DNA of 64,000 nucleotides from an uncultured Armatimonadia bacterium. GTDB lineage: Bacteria > Armatimonadota > Zipacnadia > CAVVLO01. The notes beneath the pieces are model-generated. The model was not told the DNA's origin, searched no databases, and saw nothing but the letters and a program-made list of their open reading frames with translations. The DNA lies in NCBI GenBank assembly GCA_963749155.1, contig CAVVLO010000002.1:704001-768000 (forward strand), read 5' to 3'. The translations under genes were made by a program, and so were the position numbers. The number at the start of each line of letters is the position of its first letter. Position 1 is the first letter of the stretch. Of this stretch, positions 33,595-43,876 are shown piece by piece.

Positions 33595-34363
33595 AGACGA
33601 TGAACCCGAAATGCAGGAAGAGTCGGTTCCCAGATGGCTGATGACTTATGCAGATATGATTACCCTCTGCATGGCCTTCTTCGTATTGCTCTATTCCTTT
33701 TCGATCATCGACTTGCAGAAGTTCAAGGATGCCGCAGGCTCAATCGGCGCCTCCTTTGGCGCCATCGAATCGGAAGGGGGCTCGGGTGGAAGCGATGGCC
33801 TGCTGGAAGGCTCCTCCGAAGCCAAGCCCTTTGGGGCGCAAGAGTTGCACATCCCGACTGGCGAATACATGGCCATTAAGGCCGAGATAGACAAATTGGT
33901 GCAAGAGATGGGTCTGCAAGGCCAGGTCGAAGTCCAACTCGTGCAAGAAGGCTTCAGTGTGCGCGTACTGGATGCTATCCTCTTCGACTCAGGCTCGGCA
34001 GATTTACGTCCACTTGCCAGGAAGGTCTTGAGCCGTATTGTGATGGCACTTGGCCAAACGCCTTACTCACTGCGGGTAGAGGGACACACCGATTCACTGC
34101 CCATAAGCACTCCGCGCTTCCCTTCCAACTGGGAACTGTCGGCAGCCAGAGCGGCGACCGTGGTGCATCACCTGGTCCAGATGCGCCTGATTGCTCCAGA
34201 GCGCCTTTCTCTGGCCGGATATGGGCCTTACAGGCCTGTCGCGCCCAACACTACAGACGTCGGGCGAGGCAAGAATCGTCGCATCGAGCTTGTCGTGCTG
34301 GCGCCGAGTCCCGAGTTTAACCAGCCGCCCAACTTGCTTGCTTCCCCTATCAATAGCAGTTGA
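33578..34363 (+). CDS. motB: Stator B subunit (MotB/PomB) with OmpA-like PG-binding domain
   Basis: WLMTYADMITL, VEGHTD, SNWELSAARA, NRRIE. Confidence 0.92.
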   Translation: MTPPPEDDEPEMQEESVPRWLMTYADMITLCMAFFVLLYSFSIIDLQKFKDAAGSIGASFGAIESEGGSGGSDGLLEGSSEAKPFGAQELHIPTGEYMAIKAEIDKLVQEMGLQGQVEVQLVQEGFSVRVLDAILFDSGSADLRPLARKVLSRIVMALGQTPYSLRVEGHTDSLPISTPRFPSNWELSAARAATVVHHLVQMRLIAPERLSLAGYGPYRPVAPNTTDVGRGKNRRIELVVLAPSPEFNQPPNLLASPINSS

Positions 34364-34399
34364 CGATACTCTGCCCAGGGCGTTATGCTCCTGCCCAGT

Positions 34400-35290
34400 A
34401 TGAAGCTGAACCTGGGCGTAGATTGCCATTGCCACTGTTTTCCTGACTCGGTGTCCGAGGCAGCCGCGGCGGCTATCCAGGAAGGCTATCCTGGGTCGCT
34501 GGTCGCCGAACCGCGTCTCGAGGCGTTGCTTGCCGGGCTTGTTGAAGCTGAACTGGTGGCAGGAGTTATTGTTTCTATTGCTACCAGGCCCAGCCAGGTC
34601 GAGAACATCGCGCGCTGGGCAGCGGGTATTAACAAAGCCTCGAAGCTGCTCGAAGCACTTGGGCAGGGACGTATCCCCAGTCAAACAGATTTCGAGCAGC
34701 CTGAAGCAATTGCTTTAGGAGGACTCCATCCAGCCTCAACAACCAAGGCCGCCGATGTCGCTCTGCTGCGGGCGCTTGGCCTGCCGGGTGTGAAATTCCA
34801 GCCTCGTTTCCAGCAGTATGATGCCGATTCCGAAGAAGCTATCGAGCTTTACAAACTAATCCAGAAGGACTTCATCTGTGTCTTCCATTCGGGCCAGGAG
34901 TTCCCGCCGATGGATCCCCTGCCCTCGGAGCCTCGCAAGCTGCGTCATATCCTTGATGAGGCGCCCGATCTTTTAATGGTCGCAGCCCATACCGGCGGCT
35001 ACCAGCGCTGGGACGACGTTGAACGCTATCTGGTTGGGACAGCGTGCTATTTCGAGGTTTCTTTTACCTTTGGCGAACTACCCGATGCTCGCCTTGTCGA
35101 CCTGCTGCGAGCGCATGGGATGGATCGGGTGCTGTTCGGCACCGACTGGCCCCTGCGCAATCAGCGCGACTATCTGGCGCGTTTTATGGAGTTGCCTCTC
35201 ACCCCTGATGAACGTGATGCTGTGCTGTGGCACAACGCTGTCCGCCTATTTTCTGACGTTGTTAAGGCCCGCAAAGCGCTTCAAGTTTGA
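34400..35290 (+). CDS. Amidohydrolase 2 family protein
   Basis: DCHCH, AAHTGG, RVLFGTDWP, NAVRLF; start placed after TTGACG-N18-TATGCT. Confidence 0.85.
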   Translation: MKLNLGVDCHCHCFPDSVSEAAAAAIQEGYPGSLVAEPRLEALLAGLVEAELVAGVIVSIATRPSQVENIARWAAGINKASKLLEALGQGRIPSQTDFEQPEAIALGGLHPASTTKAADVALLRALGLPGVKFQPRFQQYDADSEEAIELYKLIQKDFICVFHSGQEFPPMDPLPSEPRKLRHILDEAPDLLMVAAHTGGYQRWDDVERYLVGTACYFEVSFTFGELPDARLVDLLRAHGMDRVLFGTDWPLRNQRDYLARFMELPLTPDERDAVLWHNAVRLFSDVVKARKALQV

Positions 35291-36298
35291 ACCAGCAGCC
35301 TGGCGATACCTTCTCCCTCAGCGATGCCAGCATGGTGAGATGTCAGTCTAATATCTCCGTGAGGTCGAAGCGGCCCAAGTGATTCCACCAGCCCCGCCTG
35401 GGGCGCTCTTAGCTCAACTCTGACGCCTTCCAGGACAGACCACACAGTGCCTAGCAACTCCCCCGCCGCGACCTCCACTCCAGCCCGTATAGCGGGTTCG
35501 AATATTCCGGCAATCGGCGCGGTTACAGAGATCCGCCCACAGCCGTCGCTCACGTAATAGTTGGCCGGCACTTCTGTCTCGAAGGGGTACATTCCAAGAT
35601 AAGCCAGGCTGTTTCTTAGCCCTCTTACCCCCTCTCGAACACTCTGGGGGTAGACGCTATATTGACCGGCAAGCTCCACTGTGAGAGCGTTTTTGCCAGC
35701 GTTCAAAGCAGTGTGCAGCAGCATCCTGGACTCGGGCCGGTCCTTGTCAGTGTCAATACGAGGGTCCAACCTCAATCCGGGGCAATCCAAATGCGCGCGC
35801 GAACTCCATCTGGTCCAGAGTCGCAAGTACCGCCGAGCAACCAAGCTTTTCCCAGCAATGCAAATCAAGCACTGCGTCCGCCTGTTTAACCCCTGCCTCC
35901 CATAGGGCTGCTGAGAGTCGCTCGGTCGAGTTGCCTTCGCGCTTGCCTGGCCAGGTGCGATTCATATTATGTGGATTGTCGCCAGAATACGGCTCTTCCG
36001 CCTCCTGGGACAGGAAGTGTCTTCTGTGCGCATATGCCAGTGGATTGGCAAGTGGAGCCACGAGCAACTCCCCCTTCAGCTTGTTCGCCTGGAGTTCAGC
36101 AAGTACCTTGCAGGCCGCCACAGAGCCATTTAGCTCTATCCCATGCTGGGCAGCGATGACCGCCAGAAGCGGGCCAGGCTGACTGCCCACAAGTCTGAGA
36201 AGGGGGATACACACTACCTCGCCTGATTCTAGCGGTACCTCCAGTAGCTGCAGCTTGCATGCTGCCGGAAGAAAACTCTCTGACTCGTCAGAGTCCAT
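35281..36298 (-). CDS. Succinylglutamate desuccinylase/aspartoacylase (M14-like); frameshifted near 35760-35850
   Basis: AAQHGIELNG, NMNRTWPG, DAVLDLH, LTVELAG and C-terminal sandwich-hybrid segment. Confidence 0.8.
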
Positions 36299-36510
36299 AT
36301 CTGGCCTCCACAAAAGGATTTCCAATCTGTTTGCCGAGTCAACCGAGCTTCCTGCAGGAAAGCCTTTTAGTAGAACGAACTAGCCCTTCGACCCTAAGCC
36401 ACTTGCGGCAGTTGGGTGAATGCTGGTAATCTGGCGCACGGTCAGGGTCCCCTCGGGCCTTGGGCGTGTTATAAGGTTGCCCTGATTCGAACTGACTGGA
36501 GACACTCCTG

Positions 36511-38511
36511 ATGCGGCCTGGTGGCATAAAGGCTGACGCCGAGTTCGGTGACGCTGCCCAACAAGGCGAGCGTGGTCAGCTTCTAACACTTAGTAAACGC
36601 GCTTTCCTGCTTGGTCTTCTGCTCATTCCGCCTATGGTTTACTGGGTGGAGTTGATGGAGATCAAGTGGAATGTCTCCGATGGTACCTGCGTCTCCATCT
36701 TCTTCGCGGTAATCTTTGCCTTGTTCGTGCTGGCGCTGCTTAACAGGCTGGTCGCGCGCTATCTGCCGCGATTTGCCTTCAGCCAGGGCGAGCTTGTGCT
36801 GATTTACGTAATGCTCTCATGTGCCGTTGCAGTCGCTGGCCACGATATGATGGGCAACGCCCTGCCCAACTTGCAAAACCTCTTCTGGTTCGACACGCCC
36901 GAAAACCGCTGGGACGAGATGCAGCAATATGTACCCCAGTGGTTCTCGATCCGCGACAAGGACGTGCTGAAGGGCTTCTACCTCGGGGAATCCAGTATCT
37001 GGGCGCCTGACCATCTGGTGCCCTGGCTCAAAATGATGGCAGTTTGGGGCGGTTTCCTCGCTGTCGTCATCTTCGTGATGATCTGCATCAACGTCATATT
37101 GCGCCGCCAGTGGACCGAGGTTGAACGCCTGACCTACCCCTTGATGCAACTGCCCCTCGAGATGACCAGTCAGCGCAAGGACAACCTCTGGACCAACAAG
37201 GTTATGTGGCTCGGGTTCGCCATACCCTTCCTGATAGAAAATATGAACGCTTTCCATTATCTGTATCCGGCTGTCCCGAGTGTCCAGATAAAACTGTATG
37301 ACCTGGGGCAGTTCTTCACTTCGCGTCCCTGGAATGGTATGGGCTGGACGCCGATATCCTTCTATCCTTTTGCGATAGGGTTTATTTTCTTCTTGCCAAC
37401 CGATCTGGCTTTCAGTTGCTGGTTCTTCTACCTGCTACGCAAAATCACCGAAGTAGCCACCACGGCGATTGGCTGGCACGATCCAGGCGCAGCCTCTGGC
37501 CTGGCGCGATTCCCCTACACCTATGAGCAGGGCAGTGGCGCCTGGATTGGACTTTTCGTGTTTGCGCTCTGGGCTAGCCGCGGGCACCTGGCTGAAGTGT
37601 GGAACAAGATCCTCGGCAGGCCAACCTATCTGGACGACTCTAATGAGTCTATGAGTTATCGGATGGCTTTTGCCGGTATGGTGCTTGGTTTTGCGGCCAT
37701 CATCGCTTTCTGTATGGCGGCGGGAATGAGCTTCGGAATCGCCGTTATGTTTTTCGCTATCTACTATATGCTCTGTATCGCCATCACCCGCGTACGCGCC
37801 GAGCTTGGGCCGCCCGCCCATGAGACCAACTGGGTTCGCCCCGAGATGATGGTTATCTGGACCTTCGGCACCAAAGCCATTGGCCCAGCAAACCTGACGA
37901 TAATGAGCTACTTCTACTGGTTCAACCGGGGCTACCGCAACCTCGTGATGCCGCATCAGCTGGAAGGCTTCAAACTGGCAGAGCTTACCGGCACCCAGCC
38001 CAAGCAGATGATGAAAGCCATAATGATCGCCTGCGCGCTGGGCATAGTGGCGTCCTTCTGGGCCCTGCTGGATATGTATTATCGCGAGGGAGCAGCGACG
38101 GCCCGAGTGGCAGGTGGCTACCGGACTGGCATCGGCAACTATGCTTTCGACCGACTCAAGGGCTGGCTGACCAATGAAGCGCCAATTGATGTGCCCGCGC
38201 TGATGGGAGAAGGCTTCGGCCTCTTCTTCGTGCTGGGACTCGTGTTCTTCAAGAACCGGTTCCTGGGCTGGCCGCTCCATCCAGCCGGTTACGCCCTTGC
38301 GATGAGTTATGCGCTGGAATATTTCTGGTTCTGTTTCTTCCTGTCCTGGCTCATCAAGACGCTGCTTGTCAAATACGGCGGAGTGCGCCTGTATCGCAAG
38401 GCCATACCCTTCTTCCTGGGAGTAATAATCGGCGATTATGTGATGGCAAGCGCCTGGGCGCTTGTAAGCCCAATCGCAGGCATACGAACGTATCAGTTCT
38501 TTATTTTCTAA
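36511..38511 (+). CDS. Polytopic membrane protein, DUF6785/DUF6784 (OPT-like putative transporter)
   Basis: Many TM helices; RRQW...ERL.YP, TRVRAELG, WPLHP.GY, KYGG.RLYR...PFFLG. Confidence 0.75.
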   Translation: MRPGGIKADAEFGDAAQQGERGQLLTLSKRAFLLGLLLIPPMVYWVELMEIKWNVSDGTCVSIFFAVIFALFVLALLNRLVARYLPRFAFSQGELVLIYVMLSCAVAVAGHDMMGNALPNLQNLFWFDTPENRWDEMQQYVPQWFSIRDKDVLKGFYLGESSIWAPDHLVPWLKMMAVWGGFLAVVIFVMICINVILRRQWTEVERLTYPLMQLPLEMTSQRKDNLWTNKVMWLGFAIPFLIENMNAFHYLYPAVPSVQIKLYDLGQFFTSRPWNGMGWTPISFYPFAIGFIFFLPTDLAFSCWFFYLLRKITEVATTAIGWHDPGAASGLARFPYTYEQGSGAWIGLFVFALWASRGHLAEVWNKILGRPTYLDDSNESMSYRMAFAGMVLGFAAIIAFCMAAGMSFGIAVMFFAIYYMLCIAITRVRAELGPPAHETNWVRPEMMVIWTFGTKAIGPANLTIMSYFYWFNRGYRNLVMPHQLEGFKLAELTGTQPKQMMKAIMIACALGIVASFWALLDMYYREGAATARVAGGYRTGIGNYAFDRLKGWLTNEAPIDVPALMGEGFGLFFVLGLVFFKNRFLGWPLHPAGYALAMSYALEYFWFCFFLSWLIKTLLVKYGGVRLYRKAIPFFLGVIIGDYVMASAWALVSPIAGIRTYQFFIF

Positions 38512-38573
38512 ATAAGCCTGGGCTTCAACCTTATATGTTTCACCCGTCTTGCCGGGGGGTAGTTTGTGTTAGA

Positions 38574-39098
38574 ATGGATTCAGTAGCAGGAGAACCTCCT
38601 TTAGGAGCGAAAAAGGGACCGTTATGGGCTCCCTGGCGGCTGGAGTATGTTGAAGGGCCACCGCCAGGAGGATGTATCTTCTGTGACAAGCCGGCGCTTG
38701 GTGATGACCGGACCGCGTTGATAATCGCGCGGTGGGAAACCTGTTTTGCCATACTCAACAGGTTTCCTTACAACAACGGGCATCTGATGCTGGCGCCCTT
38801 CCGCCATGAGGCGGAATTGTCTGGGCTCGAGCCGCGGGAGCGGCATGAACTTGCTGACCGCGTCGCACTGGCAGGCGAGGCGCTGAAGCGCGCGTTTTCG
38901 CCTGATGGGCTCAATGTGGGCCTCAACCTGGGCGAGGCAGCAGGAGCGGGAGTAGCAGGCCATTTGCACTGGCATATCGTGCCGCGCTGGCATGGAGACA
39001 CCAACTTTATGCCCGTGCTTGCAGATACCAAGGTCATACCTCAGGCGCTGGACAAGACCTGGGAGATACTAAAGTCAGTTCTTGAAGACCTGGGCTAA
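38574..39098 (+). CDS. HIT family hydrolase (Ap4A phosphorylase-like)
   Basis: LWAPWR.EY, CIFC, LNRFPYNNGHLM, HLHWHIVPRW.GD; start uncertain. Confidence 0.9.
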   Translation: MDSVAGEPPLGAKKGPLWAPWRLEYVEGPPPGGCIFCDKPALGDDRTALIIARWETCFAILNRFPYNNGHLMLAPFRHEAELSGLEPRERHELADRVALAGEALKRAFSPDGLNVGLNLGEAAGAGVAGHLHWHIVPRWHGDTNFMPVLADTKVIPQALDKTWEILKSVLEDLG

Positions 39099-39131
39099 GC
39101 CAACCGGCATTAATGCCAGGGAGGGACTGGA

Positions 39132-40655
39132 ATGAAGCGGACCGCCTTTGTGCTCGTAGCCATTCTTGCATTGGCTGTATTTGCACAAGCTGTCCTGGCA
39201 CTGCCCGTCGAGATAACCTCGCCGAAGGCAGGACAGGTAGTAAAACAGAGTGTCAAACTGACCGCAATAAAAGACCGGCCTGATGAGGGTTATGTCAGTT
39301 TCTTCGTCGACGATATGTTTGTCGCGGCGTTGACCCAGCCCTTCTCAATCAACTGGGACGTGAAGGAATTCGTCGCGGTAGCCGAGCGGCTGCGCGATGA
39401 ATACCGGTCGGGCGAGCGAGTTGGTTCGCCGGTAACTGTCCCTGCTATTGATGGAGAACATACTGTCAGGGTCGTTGCTTATGACAACACCGGGGAGGTC
39501 ACCGGAGAAGACACTCTTACCTTCACCGTGACCAACAGCATCAAGCTGGAAGGTGACCCCGCTGTCAGGCTCAAGTATGGATTCGAGTTGCTTCAAGAGT
39601 CCATCTACGATATCGACACCAACCTGGCGCTTGAGGTAGCCGGTCCTGCTGCGATCAGCTCCAAGGGTAAATCCTTCGAGAAGCTTCGCGATATCGTCAC
39701 CCGCAGCCAGGGCGCCGAGGGTGGGATGATTTACCGCAAGTCCTTGCAGGGCTGGAAGCAGCAGATGGGTTCTGCCCGGTTGCTGGACGATGCGGGCAAG
39801 TCACTTACCTTCAATATGGATCTCGTGGGCGTGCAAGAATTCGTCCGCGGCGATGACTTCAAGCCTTTTATCTGCTCGCCTTACGTGCCGCTGCCCGGCA
39901 AGCCGGTCCGAGTCAAGGAAAGCTGGCATGGCAAGATCCCCGTATCAATCGAGGGGCAGCAGTTCGACCTTACCGGCACTAGCACACTGCAGAACCTCGA
40001 GTGGGAAAGCGGCTACAAGTGCGCAAAAATCGTCAGCACCTTCAGCGGAGGCGCGCAAGTGCCGGCTGAAGTTGGCGGTCAACTCGCCATGGTGAAGGGC
40101 GACATCTCCGGCACCAAAACAACCTGGCTCGATTATGGCACTGGCAGGATCATCAAGGTAACGCAGGCACTAACCGGCAAAGCCACAGTAACAAGCGCGC
40201 AGCTCCAGGAAGCCCTCAGCGCAATGCTGGGCACCGGACGCAGCTCGGCGCCTGGCGCCGCTGGCCAGGGAGCGCAGCAGCGTATGCCGGGAACCGGCAC
40301 CAGTGGTATGGCTCCAATGATGGCTCCGATGATGTCGATGCCCGGTATGGGTTCGATGACCGGTGGCCCGCCTTCACCTATGATGGCCGCTGGTATGATG
40401 GGAGCAACAGGCGGTATGGCCCCAGGCGGGATGCCCGGTATGATGCCACCTTCACCCACAATGGCCTCTGGTATGATGATGCCAGGTGGCGGACCGATGA
40501 TGATGCCAGGTGCTGGTGGAGGCGGTTGGTCCGGTGGAGGAGTAACTCCTGGCTCAAGCGGGATGTTCCAGCAGCAGCAGCAGCCTGCGGTCCCTCTCGA
40601 CATCAATTACATAGCCGACTCCGTGCTTGTACTGGGTACGTTGGAGTCGGAGTAG
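39132..40655 (+). CDS. Secreted protein: Ig-like domain, beta-rich domain and Met/Gly/Pro-rich insert
   Basis: Signal peptide; VEITSP..G..V, V.FFVDD, DGEHTVRVVAYD Ig pattern. Confidence 0.7.
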   Translation: MKRTAFVLVAILALAVFAQAVLALPVEITSPKAGQVVKQSVKLTAIKDRPDEGYVSFFVDDMFVAALTQPFSINWDVKEFVAVAERLRDEYRSGERVGSPVTVPAIDGEHTVRVVAYDNTGEVTGEDTLTFTVTNSIKLEGDPAVRLKYGFELLQESIYDIDTNLALEVAGPAAISSKGKSFEKLRDIVTRSQGAEGGMIYRKSLQGWKQQMGSARLLDDAGKSLTFNMDLVGVQEFVRGDDFKPFICSPYVPLPGKPVRVKESWHGKIPVSIEGQQFDLTGTSTLQNLEWESGYKCAKIVSTFSGGAQVPAEVGGQLAMVKGDISGTKTTWLDYGTGRIIKVTQALTGKATVTSAQLQEALSAMLGTGRSSAPGAAGQGAQQRMPGTGTSGMAPMMAPMMSMPGMGSMTGGPPSPMMAAGMMGATGGMAPGGMPGMMPPSPTMASGMMMPGGGPMMMPGAGGGGWSGGGVTPGSSGMFQQQQQPAVPLDINYIADSVLVLGTLESE

Positions 40656-40678
40656 AGTCTCAATCAGACTGAGCAAAC

Positions 40679-40708
40679 AAGGGACGCCTTCGGGCGTCCC
40701 TTTCTCTT
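40679..40708 (+). terminator. Intrinsic terminator
   Basis: aagggacgcc-ttcg-ggcgtccctt-tctctt. Confidence 0.8.
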
Positions 40709-40727
40709 GGGATACCGGAGGACAAAA

Positions 40728-41591
40728 ATGGTCGCTGGTCGCAAAATTGCTTTTCTTGCAAGCCTTGGCTTCACCCAGGAACCTGCCGAACAGGTTGTTG
40801 AAACTCTCGCCGGGTTTGGTTATGACGGGGTAGAGTGGACGATGGCTCATCTGAATCCTCACGCTGACTGGCAAGTCGCCAGGCGGGCTGTGGAAGCCAC
40901 CCACGCGGCAGGGCTCGAGGTCTCGGAACTGGTGGTTCAGCAAGACCCTGTTACCTTCGATGAAGAGCGCCGGGCCGCTGCCATCGACACCACCCTCAAG
41001 GCTATCGACTTGGCCGCTGAGCTTGGCATCGAGACCCTCAACGTCTTCACTGGCCCCGCGCCCTGGGACCCCTCCGCCCCTAAACTTAACGGCGACCTCA
41101 CTGAGCGGATGGCCTGGGACCAGGTCTCATCCGCCTTCGAAGTCTGGCTGACAAGGGCCGAACAGCGCAAAGTCGTCCTGGCCGTCGAGACCGTCTTTGG
41201 GATGCTCGTCCACGATTATTACACCTTACTCGAGCTGAACAGGCGCTTCTGCTCCTCAGCCTTGCGCGTGAACTGGGATCCCTCCCATGCGGTGCTCCAC
41301 GGACAGGATCCCATCTTCCCTATTACAGCACTGGGTGACAAGATTGCCCATTTCCACCTCAAGGATGCGGTGGGCACTGCCCAGAGCCTCGACTTGATGG
41401 CCTTCCCCATGCTTGGAGAGGGACGCGTCGACTGGACAGCCTTCTTCGCGGCAGCAAGTGAAATCAACTACCAGGGTTTTTATTCGGTGGAATTCGAATC
41501 GTTTGGTTATTACGCCAAGGTGCTGCGCAGTCCGGCAGCTGCGGCGGAAGTCTCCATGATGCAGGTGAAGGCGCTGCTGGGAGCAGATTAG
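40728..41591 (+). CDS. Sugar phosphate isomerase/epimerase
   Basis: GYDGVE, LAVE, NWDPSH, HFHLKD, GEGRVDW, SVEFE. Confidence 0.88.
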   Translation: MVAGRKIAFLASLGFTQEPAEQVVETLAGFGYDGVEWTMAHLNPHADWQVARRAVEATHAAGLEVSELVVQQDPVTFDEERRAAAIDTTLKAIDLAAELGIETLNVFTGPAPWDPSAPKLNGDLTERMAWDQVSSAFEVWLTRAEQRKVVLAVETVFGMLVHDYYTLLELNRRFCSSALRVNWDPSHAVLHGQDPIFPITALGDKIAHFHLKDAVGTAQSLDLMAFPMLGEGRVDWTAFFAAASEINYQGFYSVEFESFGYYAKVLRSPAAAAEVSMMQVKALLGAD

Positions 41592-42091
41592 TGTTCTGGC
41601 GCAAGAAGAAGCCGACTGAGCCTGAGCTGACAAAAGCCGCTGCGGGCAGCAAGTTGCTCGAGGAAGGCTTCGCGGCGAAGGCTGAGCCCCTGTTAAGCCA
41701 GGCCGTAAAAGAGCAACCTCACGATCACAAAGTCTGGGGTAATCTCGGCGTTGCGCGCCTTTACCTGCAGCAATTCGATGAAGCTCTCAGTGCCTTGCGC
41801 AAGGCGGTAAAACTCGCTCCTGGGCAGCCCACCCACCGCCTTAATCTGGCCGTGGCTTTACATCAGTCTGGCCACACAGGAGAAGCCGTCAGTGAGCTAC
41901 GCTCCCTATGTCAGACGCATCCCGAGGTGGCTGACGTTCACTACAATCTGGCAGTTGCTCTGGCTTCGCTTGATGAGATCGATGAAGCAATAGAAGAACT
42001 GCGAGTCGAGATCGCCCTTAATCGGCGTCACGAGCGAGCGATCACTCTCCTTGCCAACTTGCTCCAGGTGCAGATGAGCCGGGAGCACTAG
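41591..42091 (+). CDS. Tetratricopeptide repeat protein
   Basis: WGNLG...FDEA..ALRKAV.LAP; HYNLA.AL...DEA repeats. Confidence 0.85.
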   Translation: MFWRKKKPTEPELTKAAAGSKLLEEGFAAKAEPLLSQAVKEQPHDHKVWGNLGVARLYLQQFDEALSALRKAVKLAPGQPTHRLNLAVALHQSGHTGEAVSELRSLCQTHPEVADVHYNLAVALASLDEIDEAIEELRVEIALNRRHERAITLLANLLQVQMSREH

Positions 42092-42215
42092 ATTAATACG
42101 AACGAAATAACACAAGTTATTTAACAAAGTACCCCTTGATATCTCCCCCTTTCCCGCCCTTTCTGTTATCCTGTTATGGGGGGCATTTCGACGCCCAATC
42201 ACGCGGGAGGGGCCG

Positions 42216-42659
42216 ATGAAATTCTCAACCAAGGGGCGCTTCGCTGTACGCGCGCTTGTCGATATCGGCATTCACGCCGCAGAACATCCAGTAACGGTAA
42301 AGGAGATTTCCGAGCGTCAGGGCATCTCTACCTTCTATTTGGAGCAGCTCTTTTCCAGGATGCGCAAAGCTGGAATCATCAGGGGGCTACGCGGTCCAAA
42401 TGGCGGCTACGAACTGGCCAGAGAGCCCGCCACCATAACCGTACTGGAAGCAGTTGAGGCTGCCGAAGGGCCTGTGGCTCTGGCTGATTGTAACGATGAC
42501 GATGACATACACCAGGCCTGCCCAAGACGACAAAATTGTGTTACCTCTGTGCTCTGGGTCGAGCTGGCCGAGCAGCTGCGCGAACTCCTTGCCCAAGTAA
42601 CGCTAGCTGAATTGCTCGAACGTCATAACAGGCTGGAGGCTTCCTCGAGGGGAAGCTGA
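42216..42659 (+). CDS. iscR: Rrf2 family regulator, IscR-like (three Cys)
   Basis: STKGRFAVRAL, YLEQLF..MRKAG, RGPNGGY.LA; C-x9-C-x5-C; precedes a cysteine desulfurase. Confidence 0.8.
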   Translation: MKFSTKGRFAVRALVDIGIHAAEHPVTVKEISERQGISTFYLEQLFSRMRKAGIIRGLRGPNGGYELAREPATITVLEAVEAAEGPVALADCNDDDDIHQACPRRQNCVTSVLWVELAEQLRELLAQVTLAELLERHNRLEASSRGS

Positions 42660-42670
42660 AGTCTACCCCT

Positions 42671-43843
42671 ATGGAACGCGTCTATCTTGACAATGCTGCA
42701 ACCACCAGGTGTGATCCCCGGGTTACCGAGGTTATGGTGTCCTGCCTGACCGAATCCTTTGGCAATCCCAATTCACAGCACTCCTTTGGCCATAAAGCAG
42801 CCCACTTGCTGGAAGAGGCTCGAGCCACAACTGCCGACTGTCTGGGAGCAACTCCTGAAGAACTGACTTTTACAGCAGGGGGCAGCGCGGCAATCTACCT
42901 GGCGCTCACCTGTCTGGCCAAGGCCGGCAGAGCCCAGTCGAACCGCATACTTGTTTCTTCCGTCGAACACGAAGCTACTCTCAAAACCTGTCGCCTGCTC
43001 GTAGCTGAAGACTTTGAAGTGGTGCAGTTACCGGTTGATGAGGAAGGCTTCGTCGAACTCGAAGCCGCAGAAAGCGAACTGGCACGAGGCGCGGCCTTCC
43101 TCAGCGTACTCCACGTGCAAAATGAAGTCGGCACAATCGAGCCAATTGAGGCCCTTGGCGCCCTGGCCCGTAAAGCGGGGGTGCCCTTCCATCTGGATGC
43201 CATCCAGAGCTGTGGACAACTGCCCCTCAATTTGGCCGAGTTGCCGGTTGATATGCTTTCGCTGTCAGCGCACAAATTTTACGGTCCGAAGGGAATCGGA
43301 GCGCTTTATGTAAGGCGCGGACTGGACCTGGCAGGTACTGCACTGGCGCCAGGAGGTGACCTTGCGCCTCACGCGGGCACTCCTGATGTAGCAGGAGCGG
43401 TAGGGCTTGCGACGGCCCTGCAACTGGCCACCAGCGAGCTGTCAGAGCGCGCAGCCCGCATCAGCGAGCTAAGAGCCTTGTTGATTGAAGAAGTACTCGC
43501 TTCTAGTCCAGATGCTATACTGTCAGGCCCTTGTGAACAGCGGGCAGGTGGGATCACCCATTTTACTTTTCCACGGCTGGAAGGCGAAGCGCTGGTCACC
43601 AGGCTGGACCTCAAAGGCTTTGCCGTCTCAACCGCCTCAGCCTGCAGGGCTTCCTCCGCCCAGCCAAGTCACGTGCTCAAAGCTATGGGGGTGCCGGCAA
43701 GCCGACTTTATGGGGCCTTGCGCGTTTCACTGGGCAAGGACAATACAGCGGAGGAAGTAAAAGCTTTTGTACAGGCCCTCTACGAGGCAGTAAACAGCCT
43801 GCGTCTTTCTAGCCCCCTAATCTGCTCCTGCCCTCTGGTATAA
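42671..43843 (+). CDS. iscS: Cysteine desulfurase (IscS/NifS)
   Basis: YLDNAATT, FGNPNS.H, SAHKFYGPKGIGALY, STASAC...SHVL.AM. Confidence 0.92.
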   Translation: MERVYLDNAATTRCDPRVTEVMVSCLTESFGNPNSQHSFGHKAAHLLEEARATTADCLGATPEELTFTAGGSAAIYLALTCLAKAGRAQSNRILVSSVEHEATLKTCRLLVAEDFEVVQLPVDEEGFVELEAAESELARGAAFLSVLHVQNEVGTIEPIEALGALARKAGVPFHLDAIQSCGQLPLNLAELPVDMLSLSAHKFYGPKGIGALYVRRGLDLAGTALAPGGDLAPHAGTPDVAGAVGLATALQLATSELSERAARISELRALLIEEVLASSPDAILSGPCEQRAGGITHFTFPRLEGEALVTRLDLKGFAVSTASACRASSAQPSHVLKAMGVPASRLYGALRVSLGKDNTAEEVKAFVQALYEAVNSLRLSSPLICSCPLV

Positions 43844-43876
43844 TGAACCATTAGCCAATCCGCAGAGGGACTAGCC

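Noticed and set aside
32788..34363. Zorya (ZorAB) defence system
   Set aside because: The A subunit is normal MotA length with no long tail, and there is no zorC/D/E.
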